Assembly: GCA_044221235.1 (NCBI GenBank)
Contig: JBGAPN010000001.1
Span: 1 to 40,682 of the forward strand
Length of the DNA stretch: 40,682 nucleotides
Origin: Limisphaerales bacterium
GTDB lineage: Bacteria > Verrucomicrobiota > Verrucomicrobiia > Limisphaerales > UBA9464
Direction of reading: 5' to 3'
Under the pieces are notes generated by a model, which saw only the letters and a list, made by a program, of their open reading frames with translations, was not told the origin of the DNA and did not search any database. The position numbers and the translations under genes were made by a program. Of this stretch, positions 23,694 to 31,568 are shown in pieces (position 1 is the stretch's first letter; the number at the start of each line of letters is the position of its first letter).

Positions 23694-25547
23694 TCAGACC
23701 GGATTCTCGGGCTTCGGTGCCGCCGCGGTGAGCGCTGCGATATCCGCTGCCGTGATGGACTCAATCCGAACCCGTCGCTTGCCGGCTTCGGCGGGCAGTT
23801 CCGCCTCCGTCCCCGGCGCCTTGTTCATGAGTGCCTGCGCCATCGGGGTCAGATAACTCACCACGTTCCGGTGGGCATCGCCATCCCAGGCACCCAGGAC
23901 GTGAACCGTCTCCGGCTTGCCCGATTCGAGATCGGTGTAAACGACCGAGGTTCCGGGACCCACAACCTCAACCCGGGCGTTCGCGAAATCTGTGCCCCGG
24001 GCGCGGGCCAACTGGGCTTCGATCTCGTGTTTGCGCCGGTTGAGCACCTTCTGTTGCTCCTTGGCGAATTTGTATTCGGCGTTCTCGCGCAGGTCGCCAT
24101 AGCTCCGGGCCAGGGCGATGTCCTTCACGTTGGCCGGAATCTGCTTCTGCACGAGGTCCTCGTACTCGTGCTTCCGGCGCTCGAGGCTAGCCCAGCTCAC
24201 CAGGAAGGTCTTGTCCTCCTTGACGTGCTCGCCGGTGATCATTTCCTGGATCGCCGGGTACATCTTCACAATGCGCGCCAGCAACGAGCGTTTGTCCATG
24301 TCATCAAAACTCGGACTGAGCTGCAGCGTGCGGGTCAGGTCCCGGATGATTTCAATGTCCGCCGACTCAATCAGGTCCGGAAGCAGCGTCTGGTCCTCCA
24401 GCACGTAGTCGCGGAGTCGGTTGGCCTTCTTCTCAAGAAACTGGTCGCGCTCGATGGCGGACAGCATGGCCCGGAAGACCTCCGGATTGAAGAGGTCGGC
24501 GAAAAAGTCACTGCGTTCCTTTCCGAACCATAGGAGCATTTCACTGCTGGCGCCGTGCTGGGAAATCAGGCGCGCCAGGGTGTCCTTGAGGAGCGGACCC
24601 CGTCCCTCCTGGAGCAGCACCCGCGCACATTCGCCCACCATCTTGGCCGGTGCATCGTTCAGCAGAAGGACCACCTGGGCGGCCCAGTCGGGGATGGCAT
24701 CCCGGAACGACTCCAGGGCGCGGCGATGCTTGGCCGCGGGAATGGCGTCAAACAGTTCCTTCAGGCGGAGGCGCTGGGTCCAGATGTCCTTGGCCATCAC
24801 CTCACCCTCCGGGGCCGGAAGATTGGCCAACGCCCTCAGTTCGTCGCGGACGAAAATCGCCTCCAGGGCCTCACCCTGCCGGGTCGTCAGATGGCTGGAG
24901 ATTTCCGTGTTGAGCTGTTGGATCACCTCGGGAACCAGTGTGGCGTCCGAAATGTCGGGGAAGTTCTTGAGAATCTCGTGAGCCACGGCCACGCGGGCTT
25001 TCAAACCGCGGGCATTGCGGAATTCGGCCCCCAGGCGTTGGGCCAGCCCCTGCTCGACCGCCTGGTAGACCACCGGTTCACTCTTCTTGAGGGGCACGAG
25101 GAAATGGCCGTCCTTCTTCAGTTCGGAGCGGGCCGCCTCCCACCATTTCTTCCAATCGCTCTGGATGACATCCGGCACCAGCACGGCCTGGATCTGATCC
25201 GCCGTGGCCCGTCCGCCAAAACTGTCGAGCACCAGCTTCACCACTTCGAGGTGATGCAGGGCCGCCATCTGCTGCAGTCCTTTCAGGTCGGCGTGCTTAC
25301 GGGCAAGAATGTGGTCCTTGGGAATGGGCCTGAGGGACTCGGCCGCGAAGGCGAGATCCAGCGTGTGTCCGGTCTTCCCGGGGAAATCAATCACCAAGCG
25401 CCCGGCAATGCCGTCCAGCGCCCGGACCTTGCCAAATCCCCAGCTCCGATGCTGTCCGAACCCCGCCTCCAACAACGCGGTCAGGGAGGCAACATGCTTG
25501 GGCTGAATTTTTCCGGCGGCGACCAATTGGTCCATTTCCTCTTTCAT
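23694..25547 (-). CDS. greA: Long-form GreA/GreB-family transcript cleavage factor (about 450-aa N-terminal extension plus C-terminal GreA module)
   Basis: 617 aa. Residues ~470-600 (nt ~23694-24200) align by eye with E. coli GreA: ARSYGDLRENAEYKFAKEQQKVLNRRKHEIEAQLARA versus [37 protein letters not shown]. A GreA C-terminal-like beta domain follows (VVGPGTSVVYTDLESGKPETVHVLG). The N-terminal 450 aa have no domain I can name. Confidence 0.8.
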   Translation of the reverse strand: MKEEMDQLVAAGKIQPKHVASLTALLEAGFGQHRSWGFGKVRALDGIAGRLVIDFPGKTGHTLDLAFAAESLRPIPKDHILARKHADLKGLQQMAALHHLEVVKLVLDSFGGRATADQIQAVLVPDVIQSDWKKWWEAARSELKKDGHFLVPLKKSEPVVYQAVEQGLAQRLGAEFRNARGLKARVAVAHEILKNFPDISDATLVPEVIQQLNTEISSHLTTRQGEALEAIFVRDELRALANLPAPEGEVMAKDIWTQRLRLKELFDAIPAAKHRRALESFRDAIPDWAAQVVLLLNDAPAKMVGECARVLLQEGRGPLLKDTLARLISQHGASSEMLLWFGKERSDFFADLFNPEVFRAMLSAIERDQFLEKKANRLRDYVLEDQTLLPDLIESADIEIIRDLTRTLQLSPSFDDMDKRSLLARIVKMYPAIQEMITGEHVKEDKTFLVSWASLERRKHEYEDLVQKQIPANVKDIALARSYGDLRENAEYKFAKEQQKVLNRRKHEIEAQLARARGTDFANARVEVVGPGTSVVYTDLESGKPETVHVLGAWDGDAHRNVVSYLTPMAQALMNKAPGTEAELPAEAGKRRVRIESITAADIAALTAAAPKPENPV

Positions 25548-25595
25548 AGCCTAAAATCTGGCTCCTCAGCGGAGAGGGGTCAGTATGCCCGCCGA

Positions 25596-26907
25596 ATGGT
25601 TTCCGCACCAAGACAATTTGCCGCCCGGTTCCTGTTGGATCAGGAACGTCCGGGCGACTTCGCGGAGAACCGGCTGGAGCGCGATCCAACATTTTCCGCG
25701 CTTCAGCCGGTCGACCGGCGACTGGCCCAGGAGCTGGTCTGGGAGCTTTGCGCTGGAAATCCACCCTCGACTGGCTCATCTCCCGCCGATGCGCGGGACG
25801 GACCCAAAAGATGGGACTGCAGGTCCTGCTCCGCCTGGGTCTTTACCAACTCTTCTGGCTCGATCGCATTCCCGACCACGCCGCCGTGAATGACACGGTG
25901 AACCTGGCGCGACAGTTGGGCTTCGGTTCCCAGGCCGGCTTCGTCAACGCGCTGCTCCGGAGCTACACCCGCGAGCGGGAGGACACCCGGGCGCAACTGG
26001 CCAACCTCCGTCGGATCGACTCGCCCCGGGGCTGGTCGTTCCATCCTGGCTGATCCAGCGATGGGCCGGGAGTCTGGGCGAATCGGGTCTTCTCGAATTC
26101 TGCCAATGGAACAATTCCCCGCCGTCGACGTTCGCCCGGGCCAATACGTTGAGAATGTCGCCTCCCGAACTGGTCGCCGCCTGGAGCCTGGAAGAGGTGG
26201 GATTCACCCCGTGTTCCTTTGACTGGGTTCCGCCGGAGACCCTGTTTGAACTCGGTTCCCATCCGCCACTGGCGTCCCTGCCGAGCTTTCAGGACGGCGG
26301 GTTCTATCTGCAGGATCCCAGCACGTTGCTCGCGGTCCACCTGCTCGACCCCCAACCGGGGGAAACCCTCCTGGACCTATGCGCCGCCCCGGGGGGAAAG
26401 ACCACCTATCTGGCCCAGCGGATGAACAACACCGGTCGCATTGTGGCCTATGACAGTTCGGAAAGCCGGCTTCGGCTGTTGCGGGAGAACTGCCAGCGAC
26501 TGGGCACCACCCAGGTTGAGATCCGGGAAACTCTTCCCCCGCCCAAAGCCGAGTTCGACCGCATTCTTGTGGATGCCCCCTGTTCCAATACCGGAGTCCT
26601 TCGCCGGCGGGTGGAACTCCGGTGGCGGCTCCAGGCGGAGGAGCTCGCCCGTCTGGTCCGAACGCAACGGGAGCTGCTCGACACCGCGGCCGCGCGGCTC
26701 AAGCCAGGGGGCGTCCTGGTGTACTCGACCTGCAGTCTGGAACCGGAGGAAAACGAGGAGGTCGTTCGGCAATTCCTCGAGGCCCATCCGGGGTTCTCAC
26801 TCGAACAGCAGCGCGCGCTTCATCCTCTCCGGGACCGCGTCGACGGCGCCTTTGCGGCCCGCCTGCGCGCGCCGGGCTCGCAAACTCCGGCCACGCCCGC
26901 ACACTGA
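25596..26907 (+). pseudogene. rsmB: 16S rRNA (cytosine-C5)-methyltransferase RsmB/Sun-like gene interrupted by two single-base frameshifts
   Basis: Three consecutive frames encode one RsmB-like protein. Frame 0 from ATG 25596 reads MVSAPRQFAARFLLDQERPGDFAENRLE..VDRRLAQELVW. Frame 2 from ~25748 reads LRWKSTLDWLISRR..LRLGLYQLFWLDRIPDHAAVNDTVNLARQLGFGSQAGFVNALLRSY..SFHP. Frame 1 from ~26047 reads WLIQRWAGSLGESGLLEFCQWNNSPPSTFARANTL...DGGFYLQDPSTLL..LLDLCAAPGGKTTYLA..FDRILVDAPCSNTGVLRR..GGVLVYSTCSLEPEENE. Adding one G to the GGG run at 25741-25743 restores ELVWGALRWKSTLDWLI. One missing base at ~26045-26047 restores FHPxWLIQRW. Total 1312 nt + 2 = 438 codons, the normal RsmB size. Confidence 0.8.
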
Positions 26908-26917
26908 CCGCGCGGAG

Positions 26918-28729
26918 ATGGCCTTCTTTTCCGACAACTTTCTGGAACGCGTCCGCGCCGCGAATGACATCGTGGATGTCGTGGGGGCATCGATTCCCCT
27001 GAAACGGGCGGGAGCCAATTTCGTCTGCCTTTGCCCGTTCCATAAGGAAAAATCGCCCAGCTTTAACGTCAATCCCAGCCGCCAGATCTTCCATTGCTTT
27101 GGCTGTCACGCGGGGGGGAACGTTTTCAAGTTCGTACAGATGTACGAAAGCATCAGCTTCCCCGAAGCGGTGGAACGTCTGGCGGAACGGGCGCGCATTC
27201 CCCTGGAATACGAGGGAAACGCCGGAGCGTCGGCGGAAGGACGATCCCAGAAGGATGCGTTGCTCAAACTCCACGAAGCCGTGTGTCTCCGATGGCAGCA
27301 ATGCCTCGCCACGGAGGCTGCCGGCACCGTGGCCCGGGAGTACCTGCAGCGCCGCGGCGTTTCTGACGATGCCGTGAAGCAGTTTCGGATCGGTGCGGCC
27401 CCGGATTCGTGGGACGACACCGTGAACTGGGCCAAGAGCCGGGGCTTCGATCCGGCACTCTGCGAGCAGGCCGGGCTGATCCTCCGCAAGGCCGAGACGG
27501 GCCGCCTGTATGACCGTTTCCGGGGCCGCCTGATGTTTCCCATCTGCGACGAGCAAGGACGAGTCATTGCCTTCAGTGGACGCGTGCTCCAGGGCGATGA
27601 AAAGACCGCGAAGTACGTCAACTCCCCGGAAACGCCTCTTTTCACCAAGGGACGCGTCCTCTACGCGCTGGACAAGGCCAAGCGGGCAATCCTGGACGCC
27701 GGTCACGCCGTGGTTTGCGAGGGCCAGTTGGACACCATTGCGTGCCACGGCGCGGGGGTGCGAAACGTGGTCGCTCCCCAAGGAACCGCCCTCACTCCGG
27801 AACACGCCCGGATTCTGAAACGCTATGTGGATGAAGTCGTCCTCTGTTTTGACGGCGACAAGGCCGGACGGGACGCCAGCATCCGTTCGTTTGATGGATT
27901 GCTTGGGTCAGGCCTGGCGGTACGGGTGGCCTCGATCCCGCCGCCGGACGATCCGGACAGCTACATCAAGCAGCATGGCGCCGAGTCGTTTCGGGGAATC
28001 CTCGGCAACGCCGAGGGGTACTTCGATTTCTATCTTCGCCATCTGCTCGCCACCCATGACGTCCGGACCGACCGCGGTCGAATCGGCATCGTGCGTGCCT
28101 TGGGCGAGGCCGTCCAGAAGACCGGGAATGCGGTGCTGATCGACACCTACGCGCAGAAGGCGTCGCAACGGCTTGGGGTCGACGTCAACGCCGTCCGGAC
28201 CGAATTCCGAAAGGCACGTTCCCAGAGTCCGGCTGCGGAAACCGAAGGTTCACACGAGGATATCCTGGCCGCCCAGGAACCGGCTGCCCGTCCACCCGAG
28301 CTCGAATTGTGGCTGCTGAAATACCTGCTGATGAATCCGAGCCTGGCGCACTTTGCAGCGATGCATCTGGATCCCGGGTGGGTAACGCATCCCACGGTGC
28401 GACGCATTGTGGGGCTTCATTTTCAATCCGGGGGCGACGTCGCAGCGCTCCTTTCCCAGCTTCAAGAGGATGACCAGGCGCGATCCCTGGTGACGGAAGC
28501 GGCCAGTGAGCGCCGATCCCTGCCGAATCCCGAAGCGGCCCTGGCGGACACCCTGATCCGGCTTCGAAACGGGCAATTGGACCAGCAAATGGCGGAAGCC
28601 ACCCGAAGCCTGGCGGATCCGGGGTTGGCAGATTCGGAGCGCATCGAGATCCTGGGAAGGCTCCAACACCTGCGGGCCGCCAAGCGGGAAAAGCTGAAAC
28701 CGCTCGAGGAACCTCCTGCCGAGGGCTGA
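26918..28729 (+). CDS. dnaG: DNA primase
   Basis: ATG at 26918, in-frame within the longer track ORF 26441..28729. MAFFSDNFLERVRAANDIVDVVGASIPLKRAGANFVCLCPFHKEKSPSFNVNPSRQIFHCFGCHAGGNVFKF is the zinc-ribbon domain. RFRGRLMFPI is the RNA-polymerase core. VVCEGQLDTIACHGAG..VLCFDGDKAG is the TOPRIM domain. 604 aa, starting 10 nt after the rsmB stop. Confidence 0.93.
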   Translation: MAFFSDNFLERVRAANDIVDVVGASIPLKRAGANFVCLCPFHKEKSPSFNVNPSRQIFHCFGCHAGGNVFKFVQMYESISFPEAVERLAERARIPLEYEGNAGASAEGRSQKDALLKLHEAVCLRWQQCLATEAAGTVAREYLQRRGVSDDAVKQFRIGAAPDSWDDTVNWAKSRGFDPALCEQAGLILRKAETGRLYDRFRGRLMFPICDEQGRVIAFSGRVLQGDEKTAKYVNSPETPLFTKGRVLYALDKAKRAILDAGHAVVCEGQLDTIACHGAGVRNVVAPQGTALTPEHARILKRYVDEVVLCFDGDKAGRDASIRSFDGLLGSGLAVRVASIPPPDDPDSYIKQHGAESFRGILGNAEGYFDFYLRHLLATHDVRTDRGRIGIVRALGEAVQKTGNAVLIDTYAQKASQRLGVDVNAVRTEFRKARSQSPAAETEGSHEDILAAQEPAARPPELELWLLKYLLMNPSLAHFAAMHLDPGWVTHPTVRRIVGLHFQSGGDVAALLSQLQEDDQARSLVTEAASERRSLPNPEAALADTLIRLRNGQLDQQMAEATRSLADPGLADSERIEILGRLQHLRAAKREKLKPLEEPPAEG

Positions 28730-28738
28730 CGGGACGCG

Positions 28739-28775
28739 AAAAACCCGGCAACAGGACATTTCCCGCCGCCGGGTT
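28739..28775 (-). terminator. Candidate intrinsic terminator for the minus-strand operon 30024..28881 (possibly also pausing dnaG transcription)
   Basis: An 8-bp perfect stem AACCCGGC (28742-28749) / GCCGGGTT (28768-28775) encloses an 18-nt loop. Read on the minus strand, the hairpin is followed by TTTTT (complement of A28739-28743, two of them within the stem). It lies between convergent dnaG and the 155-aa gene. A second small hairpin GAGGC-TAAA-GCCTC sits at 28787-28800. Confidence 0.45.
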
Positions 28776-28880
28776 CAGGAGGAACCGAGGCTAAAGCCTC
28801 AATCAGCAACCCCACCGTGCCCCACCCCGGCGGCCTGAGTCAAATCGGGATTTTCGAAAAGAGTTGGCACTTCGATACCG

Positions 28881-29348
28881 TTAACGGTTCTTGAAGTACG
28901 TGTAACCGATTCCCCAGAGAATCAGCAACAGGATGACGAACAGTGCAATGAACCGGTTACGGGCCACACGACGTTCGTAGCGAAGCGTTCGCAGTCCCTG
29001 AATGCTCCCCGCGGCGAGCATTTTGGCCATCCGGGGGTTGTTTGAAGTGGGCCCTCGGAAGTGGCGGCAGAATCGTTTCCAACTGGCCAGGAGATCGTAC
29101 TTGGCCGCCCCAAATTCGTTGAACCGCCCCGGGGTCGGTTCGGACGGAGGAGTCGGACGGGCCCGGACGGGAGCGGAATACTCCTTGGACTTGGTCGCAT
29201 GGGAACCGGACGGACTCGGAGGGGGTACAGGCGGACCTTCCTTGGAGAGCCGTCCCACTTCGCGACGAAGGCGTTCCACTTCGGCCACCAGCTCCTTCTC
29301 CCGGGCCACCAGGGGATCTTCCTGCTTTTTTCGCCCGAACCAGGACAT
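28881..29348 (-). CDS. Hypothetical tail-anchored membrane protein with N-terminal coiled coil and Pro-rich linker
   Basis: 155 aa. MSWFGRKKQEDPLVAREKELVAEVERLRREVGRLSKEG is heptad-like. PPVPPPSPSGS is the linker. A single C-terminal hydrophobic helix FIALFVILLLILWGIGYTYF lies 3 residues from the end. Confidence 0.55.
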   Translation of the reverse strand: MSWFGRKKQEDPLVAREKELVAEVERLRREVGRLSKEGPPVPPPSPSGSHATKSKEYSAPVRARPTPPSEPTPGRFNEFGAAKYDLLASWKRFCRHFRGPTSNNPRMAKMLAAGSIQGLRTLRYERRVARNRFIALFVILLLILWGIGYTYFKNR

Positions 29349-29385
29349 TGCTCAGCGTGGGTTCCCCAAAAAATTCCTCCCGACC

Positions 29386-30024
29386 TCACCGTTTGAACAA
29401 CACCAGGAGGAAAACCGCCAACGCCAGGAGTCCCACCACCGCCACCGGCCAGGTGAGGGCGAACCCCAGGCGGCACAACTGTCCAAAGGAAAGCTGCGTG
29501 AGGGGCAGCTGGGGAGCTGATTCCGGTGTGGAGGCCGGCCCCACCCCCTTTCCATCCAGGATGGGCCATGCCAGCCGGGCTGAGCCGAATTCCATCCGGG
29601 CGTTCTCAATGATCGTCAAGGCCCGCGTCAGTTCCTGCTCCCAGTTGTCCGCTGACCAGGCCTGCTCGTTCAGCTTCTCGACGTTCCCCAGGGCCTCCTT
29701 GAGCCCGACCAGGGATTTCGACATCTGCTCGGCATTCTGCCGGGCTTCATGTTCCGACTTCTGCAGAATCCCGATGCCCCGCGTCAGCGACTGCAACATC
29801 TCGGTGCGACCATGGGAAAACTCAGAACGGCGCCGGCGCATTTCCTCCACGGCCGCACGGGCCCGCTCAAGCTGTTCCTGGGCCTCCTTGAGCTTGGCCA
29901 GCTGCTGCTGCGTTCCCGTCAACTGGGCATCCAGTTCCTCCCGCGTCGGCGCCTTGTTCGCCGGAGCCGTCGCCCGCGGGGAACTGATGTCCGCATCTAC
30001 AAAATCGGTGCCGTCAAATGCCAT
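29386..30024 (-). CDS. Hypothetical tail-anchored coiled-coil membrane protein
   Basis: 212 aa. The long predicted coiled coil is REELDAQLTGTQQQLAKLKEAQEQLERARAAVEEMRRRRSEF...KSLVGLKEALGNVEKLNEQ. The C-terminal hydrophobic segment is LGFALTWPVAVVGLLALAVFLLVLFKR. It lies 37 nt upstream of the 155-aa gene on the same strand. Confidence 0.55.
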   Translation of the reverse strand: MAFDGTDFVDADISSPRATAPANKAPTREELDAQLTGTQQQLAKLKEAQEQLERARAAVEEMRRRRSEFSHGRTEMLQSLTRGIGILQKSEHEARQNAEQMSKSLVGLKEALGNVEKLNEQAWSADNWEQELTRALTIIENARMEFGSARLAWPILDGKGVGPASTPESAPQLPLTQLSFGQLCRLGFALTWPVAVVGLLALAVFLLVLFKR

Positions 30025-30107
30025 GTGCGGACGTTGTCCCCGTCGTCGACGCCCGCCAAGCGAGGAATGTTCACTTCAATCGAAATGCAGCCCGGGACTC
30101 CGCAGAA

Positions 30108-30815
30108 TCAGGGCGACAGCTCGCGGATCTTGACGTTTCGCACCCAGATCTCGTCGCCGTGATCCTGGAGGAGGATGGGCGTCGCGAACCGCGTTCCCCA
30201 GCGGACTTCGTCCTTGAATTTGCTGGCCGCCTTCGCTGCTGCGAGCTCCTGGGAGCCGATGGTGTACTCCAAAACCTTCGCCCCGTTCAGCCAATGCTCG
30301 ACGTGGTCGCCCTTCACCACAATTCGCGACGAATTGAGCCCGCCCGCCTTGTGCACCGGCGGGTCTTTCGGAGGCAGGGCGTCGTACAGGGCTGCCGTCT
30401 GGCGCTTGGGGCCGTGTGCGGCATCCGGGTGGGCCGCGTCGTCGATCATCTGATACTCGTGTCCAATCGGAGCCCCGCGCCGTTCGTCGATGAAATACTT
30501 CACGCCGCTGTTTCCCGCCGGAGCAATCTGCCAGTCCCAGGTGAGTTCAAAACTGTTGAACACCCGGGTGGTGACGATGTCCCCGCCGCCGCCCTTGGGC
30601 TGGTGATGCATCCAGCCGTCGACCACGTCCCAGCCTCCGGTGGGCATGGCGCCCTTCCCAAAGCCCCGCCAGCCCGCGAAATCCTTCCCGTTGAACAGGA
30701 GGATCCATCCCTCAGACGACTCGGCTGAAGTCAGCTGGTTGGGCTCGGCCGCCGTCAGCACCAAGGCCGCGGCGGACGTCCAGGCCAGGATCAGGGAACG
30801 AACGGGCGTCATCAT
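30108..30815 (-). CDS. DUF1080 (3-keto-disaccharide hydrolase-like) domain protein, secreted
   Basis: Start at ATG 30815 (MMTPVRSLILAWTSAAALVLTAA, signal peptide). GWILLFNGKDFAGWRGFG..GGWDVVDGWM...FELTWDWQIAPAGNSGVKYF...GDHVEHWLNGAKVLEY...ILLQDHGDEIWVRNVKIREL follows the DUF1080 pattern. Confidence 0.78.
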   Translation of the reverse strand: MMTPVRSLILAWTSAAALVLTAAEPNQLTSAESSEGWILLFNGKDFAGWRGFGKGAMPTGGWDVVDGWMHHQPKGGGGDIVTTRVFNSFELTWDWQIAPAGNSGVKYFIDERRGAPIGHEYQMIDDAAHPDAAHGPKRQTAALYDALPPKDPPVHKAGGLNSSRIVVKGDHVEHWLNGAKVLEYTIGSQELAAAKAASKFKDEVRWGTRFATPILLQDHGDEIWVRNVKIRELSP

Positions 30816-30822
30816 GGGAGTG

Positions 30823-31512
30823 TTACTTGGAATCGATGGAACGGATACGGATATTACGGAACCAGACGTCGTCCCCGTGGTCTTGCAGGCAGATGGAACC
30901 CGCCGCCTCCCGGGCAAACCGCGGCAGATCCTTGAATTTTGACTTACCGATCAGCTCGCGGACTTCCGGTGAACCCAGGTCCAACGCCACCACCTTTTTC
31001 CCGTTGAGCCAATGTTCGAGCTGGGTTCCCCGCAGGAGGATCCGGGCGGAATTCCACTCGCCCACCGGCTTAAGGGCCTTTTCAGACGAGGCCGCCACCA
31101 GGGCGTACAGGGCCGAGGCCGACGTCTTGGGATTCTTGCCGTCGGCATGCTTGGCGTCGTCGAGCACCTGATACTCCGGCCCGGTCTGCCAGGGCGCATC
31201 GAACTCTTCGGACACCCGGTACATCACGCCGCTGTTCGCTCCCGGTGAAACCTTCCATTCGAACTCGAGCTCGAAGTCCCTGAACTTCTGCCGGGTTACC
31301 AGGTCTCCGGCGCCCCCGCCTCCCTTCACGTGGAGCGAGCCGTCCACCACCTCCCATCCCTTGGCCGGAAAATCCGTTTTCTTAAACCCTCGCCAAGCCG
31401 CGGTGGACGTTCCGTCAAACAGGACGATCCAGTCGGCGCAGAAGGCGGGCAGCGGGAGGCTCGCGGCAAGAACCACGGCGAGCAGGAAACGGCAGAGGAA
31501 AGGACGTTTCAT
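30823..31512 (-). CDS. DUF1080 domain protein, secreted (tandem paralogue)
   Basis: 229 aa with a signal peptide (MKRPFLCRFLLAVVLAASLPLPAFCA). DWIVLFDGTSTAAWRGFKK..KGWEVVDGSL..FELEFEWKVSPGANSGVMYRV..GTQLEHWLNGKKVV..ICLQDHGDDVWFRNIRIRS. Its stop is 7 nt upstream of the next DUF1080 gene's start. Confidence 0.8.
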   Translation of the reverse strand: MKRPFLCRFLLAVVLAASLPLPAFCADWIVLFDGTSTAAWRGFKKTDFPAKGWEVVDGSLHVKGGGGAGDLVTRQKFRDFELEFEWKVSPGANSGVMYRVSEEFDAPWQTGPEYQVLDDAKHADGKNPKTSASALYALVAASSEKALKPVGEWNSARILLRGTQLEHWLNGKKVVALDLGSPEVRELIGKSKFKDLPRFAREAAGSICLQDHGDDVWFRNIRIRSIDSK

Positions 31513-31568
31513 TTTGGACGAGGCCCAAGAGTGAACGGGAGTCCCCTTCCGTCCGTCAAGCCAGGCGG

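Noticed and set aside
22022-25889. Plus-strand ORFs 22022..23731 (569 aa), 23625..24533 (302 aa) and 24555..25889 (444 aa)
   Set aside because: They are antisense to larE and the greA-like gene, or run through the non-coding spacer. The only meaningful part is the last ~50 codons of 24555..25889 (from ATG 25596), which is the true N-terminus of the frameshifted rsmB.
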